Source: Candidatus Latescibacterota bacterium (GTDB lineage: Bacteria > Latescibacterota > UBA2968 > UBA8231). Taken from it: a stretch of DNA of 64,000 nt. This document shows positions 58,450 through 64,000 of this stretch, piece after piece; the stretch's first letter is position 1; the number at the start of each line of letters is the position of its first letter. Under the pieces are notes generated by a model that searched no databases, was not told where the DNA came from, and saw nothing but the letters and a program-made list of their open reading frames with translations. The DNA is taken from positions 2,016,001 to 2,080,000 of the forward strand of contig CBDFJF010000001.1 in the NCBI GenBank assembly GCA_965248265.1. Reading direction: 5' to 3'. A program made the translations under genes and the position numbers.

Positions 58450-59157
58450 ATGAACATGAGCGTAACCGACGAGAAGATGTGGCATCTGCATCATTGCCCG
58501 TTGTTCGCCGGCGTCAGCATGAAAGAGATGAAACACCTGGCGGCTATTACCGTCATGTTCAAGCTGGAGCCGCAGGAGCGAATCGTCTACGACTCCGAGC
58601 ACGCCAACGCCATCTGGATGATCAAGGAGGGTCTGTTGACCTTGACTTACGGCGACGCCGAAGGCAAGGACGCCACCGTGATGCTGTTGAGCGCCGGAGA
58701 TCTCTTCGGGGCCATAGGCGAGCAGCAAGATCTGGACTACAGCCAGAACGTCGTGGCCCTCAAGCCGACCGTCCTCTGCCGCATGACCCAACAACAGATG
58801 GAGGCGCTGCTGCACAAGTACCCGGAGATGGGCTACCGCCTCACCAAATTCTCCTGGCGCCGCATCGCGCGGCTGCAACAGCGCCTTGCCGAAATCATGA
58901 CCAAGTCGGTCAAGGTCCGCCTGGCAACCCTGCTGCTGAACCTGTCGGACGAATTTGGGGAGGCGAACGCCGACGGCACGCGCTCGGTCGGCCTCACCGT
59001 CACTCACGACGATCTCGCTCGCCTGGTGGGATCCAGTCGCGAAATGGTCAGCAAGGTCATGGGCAGTTTCCGCGACAATGGTTGGATTCGTTCGTCCCGG
59101 AAGCGGATTGACCTGCTCCAGGTGGATGTGTTGTCGAACACGGTAGCGGCCGGGTGA
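58450..59157 (+). CDS. Crp/Fnr-family transcriptional regulator
   Basis: cNMP-like domain (GDLFG) and HTH THDDLARLVGSSREMVSK. Confidence 0.9.
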   Translation: MNMSVTDEKMWHLHHCPLFAGVSMKEMKHLAAITVMFKLEPQERIVYDSEHANAIWMIKEGLLTLTYGDAEGKDATVMLLSAGDLFGAIGEQQDLDYSQNVVALKPTVLCRMTQQQMEALLHKYPEMGYRLTKFSWRRIARLQQRLAEIMTKSVKVRLATLLLNLSDEFGEANADGTRSVGLTVTHDDLARLVGSSREMVSKVMGSFRDNGWIRSSRKRIDLLQVDVLSNTVAAG

Positions 59158-59207
59158 TCGGCGAACCATCCCAGCCCGATCCTCGCTGAAGATGAGCCTG
59201 TTGCCCT

Positions 59208-59960
59208 TTGCTTGAACTCTCCGGTGTATCCAAATCCTTCGGCGACACCGTCGCCCTGACACCAACCGACCTGACCATTGACGAGGGCTCAACCACCGTT
59301 CTGATCGGTCCAAGTGGCTGCGGCAAGTCCACCCTGTTGCGATTGATGATCTACCTGATCGAGCCCGATTCCGGGTCGGTCCGGTTCGAGAATACACAGT
59401 TCACACAGCAAGGGGCCCTGTCGCTGCGTCACCGCATGGGTTACGTCATCCAGGACGGCGGTCTGTTCCCGCACCTAAGTGCGCGCGACAATATCGCCCT
59501 GCTGGCCCGGCATCTGGGGAGGAGGGAAGAGCAGGTCGAACAACGGCTCTTCGAGCTCATCGACCTCACGCATTTTCCCCCGGAAGGCCTCGATCGCTTT
59601 CCAGTCCAGCTTTCAGGCGGTCAGCGCCAACGCGTCAGCCTAATGCGGGCGTTGATGTTGGACCCCCACATCCTGCTGTTGGATGAACCGCTGGGAGCAC
59701 TCGACCCGATCGTGCGCTCGGAGCTGCAGCACGAACTGCGCGAGATCTTCCGCGCCGTCAACAAGACCGTGGTCATGGTCACCCACGACATCGGCGAGGC
59801 CGGTTTCTTCGGGAACCTCATCGTCCTCATGCGCGAGGGCGCCATCGTCCAGCGTGGGTCCCTGCGCGATCTCGTCGACAACCCTGGTGATCCCTTTGTG
59901 ACCCGATTCATCAACGCCCAGCGCACCGCCATTCAGGTACTCGGGGGAGGCGAATCGTGA
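59208..59960 (+). CDS. Osmoprotectant-type ABC transporter ATPase
   Basis: GPSGCGKST, GYVIQDGGLFPHL, LSGGQRQR, DEPLGALD. Confidence 0.9.
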   Translation: MLELSGVSKSFGDTVALTPTDLTIDEGSTTVLIGPSGCGKSTLLRLMIYLIEPDSGSVRFENTQFTQQGALSLRHRMGYVIQDGGLFPHLSARDNIALLARHLGRREEQVEQRLFELIDLTHFPPEGLDRFPVQLSGGQRQRVSLMRALMLDPHILLLDEPLGALDPIVRSELQHELREIFRAVNKTVVMVTHDIGEAGFFGNLIVLMREGAIVQRGSLRDLVDNPGDPFVTRFINAQRTAIQVLGGGES

Positions 59961-61480
59961 TCACTCCGCTTGCCGCCACTCTCTGCGTGCTCTGGGTATT
60001 CCCGTCCGTCGCAGGAGGCGACGCCGACGCGCCAGCGGGCACGGATGTGCGACCGGTGAGAGTTGGCTCGAAAGCCTTCACTGAGAACGTCATCTTGGGC
60101 GAACTTGTCACCCGCCTGGGTGCTGACGCCGGTGCCGTCACCGAACACAAGCGCGAACTCGGCGGCACCCGCGTGCTGTGGAATGCCCTGCTGCGTGGCG
60201 ATCTCGATGTATATCCGGAATACACCGGCACCATCAGTCAAGAGATTCTCGCTGGTCAGAATGTCGAGGGAGAGACAGCGATCAGAGCGGCTGTCGCCGA
60301 GCACGGCCTGCGCATGAGCGCGCCGCTTGGCTTCAACAACACCTATGCGATCGGCATGCGGGAGCAGGTGGCAGACGAGCTGGGCATCCGCACCATCTCG
60401 GATCTGACTGCACACCCTGAGCTCGTGCTCGGATTCAGCAACGAGTTCATGGACCGCGGCGACGGCTGGCCCAGTCTGCGTGACCGCTACCGGCTGACCC
60501 AGACCGATGTGCGCGGCCTGCAACACGATCTCGCCTACCGCGGCCTCGAATCGGGCGCCATTCACGCAATGGATCTGTACTCTACCGATGCGGAGATCGA
60601 GTACTACGGCTTGCGGGTGCTCGAAGACGATCTGGCTCACTTTCCCGTCTACAACGCCGTTCTTCTCTACCGGATCGACCTCGATGCGCGACAACCCGCC
60701 GTCGTCAAAGCCATACTCCAGCTCGAAAAGCTCATCGATGACAAAACCATGGCGGGCCTCAACGCCCGCGCCAAGCTGGATGGTGTGGCCGAAGCGCAGA
60801 TCGCCGTCGATTTTCTCGCCACGCACCTGCAGATTGAGACCTATTTCGAGAACGTCACCTTCATCGACCGCCTCAGTTTGCGCACTCGCGAACATGCCAC
60901 GCTGGTGTTGATCTCGTTATGCGCAGCCATCTTGATTGCCGTACCGTTAGGTGTGCTTTCCGCCCGGCTGCCGCGACTTGGCCAGGTCATACTCGGAGCC
61001 ACAGGTATCGTGCAGACGATTCCGGCCCTGGCCCTGCTGGTGTTCATGATTCCCGCACTCGGTCTGGGCACACCGCCCGCGATTGCCGCACTCTTCCTCT
61101 ACAGCCTGCTGCCGATCGTCCGCAACACCTACACCGGACTGCACAGCATACCGTTGGAGATCCGAGAATCGGCCGAAGCCCTTGGCCTGCCATCGCGCGT
61201 GCGCCTGCGCCGGGTAGAGATGCCGATGGCGTCCCAGTCTATCCTCGCCGGGATCAAGACCTCCGCCGTCCTCACCGTGGGCTTTGCCACCCTCGCCGCC
61301 TTCATCGGGGCCGGCGGTTACGGCCAGCCGATCATGACCGGAATACGGCTGGATGACACCGCGCTGATTCTTGAAGGCGCCGTCCCGGCCGCGCTCCTGG
61401 CGCTGATCGTGCAGGGTCTGTTCGAACTGTCCGAACGCCTGTTTGTGCCCAGAGGACTGCGGCTCAAACCGGTCGAATAG
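59957..61480 (+). CDS. Fused substrate-binding protein and permease, betaine/ergothioneine-type ABC transporter
   Basis: GSKAFTE, YPEYTGT, FNNTYA, YSTD and FPVY, followed by QTIPALAL, LPIVRNT, GAGGYG. Confidence 0.88.
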   Translation: MITPLAATLCVLWVFPSVAGGDADAPAGTDVRPVRVGSKAFTENVILGELVTRLGADAGAVTEHKRELGGTRVLWNALLRGDLDVYPEYTGTISQEILAGQNVEGETAIRAAVAEHGLRMSAPLGFNNTYAIGMREQVADELGIRTISDLTAHPELVLGFSNEFMDRGDGWPSLRDRYRLTQTDVRGLQHDLAYRGLESGAIHAMDLYSTDAEIEYYGLRVLEDDLAHFPVYNAVLLYRIDLDARQPAVVKAILQLEKLIDDKTMAGLNARAKLDGVAEAQIAVDFLATHLQIETYFENVTFIDRLSLRTREHATLVLISLCAAILIAVPLGVLSARLPRLGQVILGATGIVQTIPALALLVFMIPALGLGTPPAIAALFLYSLLPIVRNTYTGLHSIPLEIRESAEALGLPSRVRLRRVEMPMASQSILAGIKTSAVLTVGFATLAAFIGAGGYGQPIMTGIRLDDTALILEGAVPAALLALIVQGLFELSERLFVPRGLRLKPVE

Positions 61481-61491
61481 AAAGGACCATC

Positions 61492-62502
61492 ATCACTCAG
61501 TTCGCCATACAGCCTACCAACCTGGCAGCCGCCATCACCCTGATTGCCTCAGCGCATCGAGAGCAGGACACGGATTTCGCGGAGGATGTCAAAGACGGCC
61601 TGATGTCGACGCCAAAGCACCTGTCGTGTCGGTATTTCTACGACGAGGAAGGCTCTGCCCTGTTCGAAGAGATCTGCGGGCTTCCCGAGTACTACGTCAC
61701 CCGCACGGAGCACGCGATCCTGATTGAGAATGCCGCCGAAATTGCCTCGCTGTTCGAAAACCAGGTAGACCTGATCGAACTCGGCAGCGGCAGTGCATCG
61801 AAAACGCGTTTACTCATGCAGGCGTTGATCGCCCAGCATGGCCCGTTGCGCTTCATCCCCATCGACATATCGAGATTTGCTCTCGAAGAGAGCGCGAAGT
61901 CTCTAGTCGAAGAGTTCGATGGGCTCGAAATTCTCGCCGTCGCCGGCGAATACACCGACGGCCTGGAGTACCTCAAGCAGAGCACCGGCCAACCACGACT
62001 CATCCTCTGGCTCGGCTCCAACATCGGAAACTTCGAGCGCCCGGATGCTGCCGCCTTTTTCCAACGCGTCCAGGACACCATGCAGGAGCATGACCGTTTT
62101 CTCGTCGGCATCGACCTGCGCAAGGACCGCGCCGTGCTCGAGGCCGCTTACGACGACAGTCGCGGCATTACCGCACGCTTTAATAAGAACATTCTCAAAC
62201 GCGTCAATGCCCAACTCGGCGGTCACTTCGACCTCGACCGCTTCCGCCACCTCGCCCTCTACGATGAAGACCTCGGCAGGGTGGAAATGCACCTCGTCGC
62301 AAATTCCTCGCACACCGTTGCCGTCGATGCGTTGGAACTAAAGATCGAATTCGCCGAGGGCGAGACCATTCACACCGAGAACTCCTACAAGTACAGCCAG
62401 CAAGAGATCGAAGAGCTGATTGCCCGATCCTCGTTTCACCTCGAACGCCAGTGGTTCGACGCCGAGCACCGGTTCAGCCTGAATCTATTTGCTCCAGAGT
62501 GA
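61492..62502 (+). CDS. egtD: L-histidine N-alpha-trimethyltransferase; start uncertain, apparently non-AUG
   Basis: FAEDVKDGL, YFYDEEGS, PEYYVTRTE, ELGSG, GSNIGN, AYDD, HTENSYKY. Confidence 0.9.
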   Translation: MTQFAIQPTNLAAAITLIASAHREQDTDFAEDVKDGLMSTPKHLSCRYFYDEEGSALFEEICGLPEYYVTRTEHAILIENAAEIASLFENQVDLIELGSGSASKTRLLMQALIAQHGPLRFIPIDISRFALEESAKSLVEEFDGLEILAVAGEYTDGLEYLKQSTGQPRLILWLGSNIGNFERPDAAAFFQRVQDTMQEHDRFLVGIDLRKDRAVLEAAYDDSRGITARFNKNILKRVNAQLGGHFDLDRFRHLALYDEDLGRVEMHLVANSSHTVAVDALELKIEFAEGETIHTENSYKYSQQEIEELIARSSFHLERQWFDAEHRFSLNLFAPE

Positions 62503-62536
62503 TGTCATGACCGCTTTGGCAAGATTCGCCGCGTCA

Positions 62537-62691
62537 CAGGCGTTTCTCGGTGTGGCGCTCAGATTACCATTATCGCCCAATCAGCCTCCCATCGGGACTT
62601 ATCGCCGTTTAGAGAAACGCCAGCCTTCAGGCGTTTCTCGGTGTGGCGCTTAGTGTCACCACCAATGCCCGGTCACCCTATCAGCGCCACC
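62537..62691. repeat. Dispersed palindromic (REP-like) element, partial copy and full copy 2
   Basis: caggcgtttctcggtgtggcgct at 62537-62559; ttagagaaacgc-cagccttcag-gcgtttctcggtgtggcgct...aatgcccggtcaccctatcagcgccacc at 62609-62691. Confidence 0.75.
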
Positions 62692-63798
62692 GCCACCGTA
62701 GTTGGCAGCCTCCTCCGCCCCCCCTGGTTGCTCAAGGCCCGCAATGACTTCGCTGCAAACCGCATTTCTAACCCAGAATTCAAACAGATCGAAAACCGCG
62801 CCGTCGACGAGGCCATCGCCTTGCAGGAGGAAGCTGGCCTTACCGTAATCACCGACGGCGAAATGAGACGCCTCTCTTTCCAGTCACAACTTCCAGAGGC
62901 CGTCGACGGCTTCGGCGAGTTTGCCCTTGGCGCCTTCTTATGGGGAGAATGGCACAGCGAAGGAGTAGGCAGCGAGTCCGTACCTCGACCCGCAGCTCTC
63001 GGCGTCGTCGACAAGCTGAAACGCAAACGTTACCTGTGCACCGAAGAATTCACCTACCTTCGAGCCCACACGCAAACCATACCCAAACTCAGTCTGCCCA
63101 GTCCCAGCCTGTGGGCGAACTTCTGGTCGCCGGAAAAATCCGGTCATGTCTACCCGACCCTCGATAGCTTCCTCGCTGATGTCGCCGATATTCTCAAGGA
63201 CGAAGTGGCTGAGCTCCTCCGGCTCGGCGCTACCTGTATCCAGCTCGATGCACCGCATTATCCGCTGCTGATAGATCCAGGAACCAGAGCCTTCTATGAA
63301 TCGCGCGGCTGGACCCTGGATCGCTGGTTATCGGCCGGCATCGAGCTCGACAACGCCGTCATCGGTGACTTTGTTTCCCAGGCCACATTCGGCATCCATC
63401 TGTGCCGCGGTAACCAGCAGAGCCGCTGGTTGGTCGAGGGCGGTTACGACGACATCGGGCAACGCATCTTCCGCGAAACCAAGGCCCAACAGCTTTTGCT
63501 CGAGTACGACGATGCACGCTCTGGTTCGTTCGAGCCGCTGCGGCATGTCCCAGAAGACAAGACCGTGGTCCTGGGCCTGGTCACGACCAAATCCGGCCAC
63601 CTCGAAGACCCTGCTGTCCTGATAGAGCGCATCCACACGGCCGGCCGATTTTTTCCGTTGGACCAGTTAGCATTGAGCCCACAGTGCGGTTTCGCCAGCT
63701 CTGTCGTCGGCAATTGTCTGACTCCTCAAGAGCAACAGGCCAAACTTCGCATGGTCGTCGAGACGGCGGCGAAGGTCTGGGACGGAGCGACCTCGTGA
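62665..63798 (+). CDS. Cobalamin-independent methionine synthase II-family (single-barrel MetE-like) protein
   Basis: VGSLLRP, TDGEMRR, HLCRGN, LEYD, LSPQCGFAS (Zn ligands H, C, C). Confidence 0.9.
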   Translation: MPGHPISATATVVGSLLRPPWLLKARNDFAANRISNPEFKQIENRAVDEAIALQEEAGLTVITDGEMRRLSFQSQLPEAVDGFGEFALGAFLWGEWHSEGVGSESVPRPAALGVVDKLKRKRYLCTEEFTYLRAHTQTIPKLSLPSPSLWANFWSPEKSGHVYPTLDSFLADVADILKDEVAELLRLGATCIQLDAPHYPLLIDPGTRAFYESRGWTLDRWLSAGIELDNAVIGDFVSQATFGIHLCRGNQQSRWLVEGGYDDIGQRIFRETKAQQLLLEYDDARSGSFEPLRHVPEDKTVVLGLVTTKSGHLEDPAVLIERIHTAGRFFPLDQLALSPQCGFASSVVGNCLTPQEQQAKLRMVVETAAKVWDGATS

Positions 63799-64000
63799 AC
63801 ATTCTTGGAATAGACGCCGGCGGCTCCAAAACTCGGGTCGCCTTCGGCTCGAATACCGACCTCGCCGCGGATTCGCTGCGAACGGAGACCTTCGGACCTG
63901 GCAACTTCCGACAAGTCGGCTCATCTGGAATACGCACGCTGGTTCGAGACATCATCTCTCGTTGCCACTTGATGAACCCGTCTGACACACTCGTCGTCGG
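63795..64000 (+). CDS. BadF/BadG/BcrA/BcrD-family (GlcNAc-kinase-like) ATPase, 5' part only
   Basis: Manual translation MNILGIDAGGSKTRV...GPGN; GTGA overlap with the previous gene. Confidence 0.8.
   Translation, partial: MNILGIDAGGSKTRVAFGSNTDLAADSLRTETFGPGNFRQVGSSGIRTLVRDIISRCHLMNPSDTLVV

Noticed and set aside
1-64000. Many long antisense or alternate-frame ORFs (e.g. 1390-2295, 14538-15584, 46126-47091, 52166-53191, 58417-59397)
   Set aside because: They shadow well-supported genes, lack motifs, and are expected in high-GC DNA.
1-64000. CRISPR array, tRNA, rRNA, integrase or transposase
   Set aside because: No regularly spaced repeats or recognisable signatures were seen by eye; dedicated scans were not run.

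Overview
GC-rich, gene-dense chromosomal window from a diderm bacterium; the gene content is reminiscent of FCB/PVC-adjacent lineages such as Latescibacterota, but that is inference only. No rRNA, tRNA, CRISPR array or transposase was recognised. Housekeeping and metabolic blocks: a nucleotide-sugar operon with sqdB preceded by a HepT/MntA toxin-antitoxin pair, TolC, DksA, Mrp, two LOG proteins, M23 peptidase, RsmF-like methyltransferase, GH113, a futalosine menaquinone operon (menG-mqnE-mqnC-mqnA-ubiA-[xylonate dehydratase]-ubiX), two sigma54 activators, an RpoD-like sigma factor, a porin-glnA nitrogen module, hemC and cobA-hemD, sugar/alcohol oxidoreductases, and an ergothioneine-related transporter with egtD and a MetE-like gene. 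Most notable: (1) a sigma54-promoted HlyD-ABC-GNAT-[S8 protease::DUF1611]-ACP operon that looks like an uncharacterised acylated-peptide (RiPP-like) maturation/export system and is truncated after the ACP; (2) an unannotated sigma54-promoted structured RNA of about 108 nt whose three hairpin loops all display anti-Shine-Dalgarno CUCC(U/C)C; (3) a porin-YfiR-MCP input joined to a Wsp-type chemosensory cluster carrying an internal wspC/wspD deletion; (4) several single-base lesions, indicating either gene decay or assembly error. All product calls come from motif recognition by eye, not from database searches.
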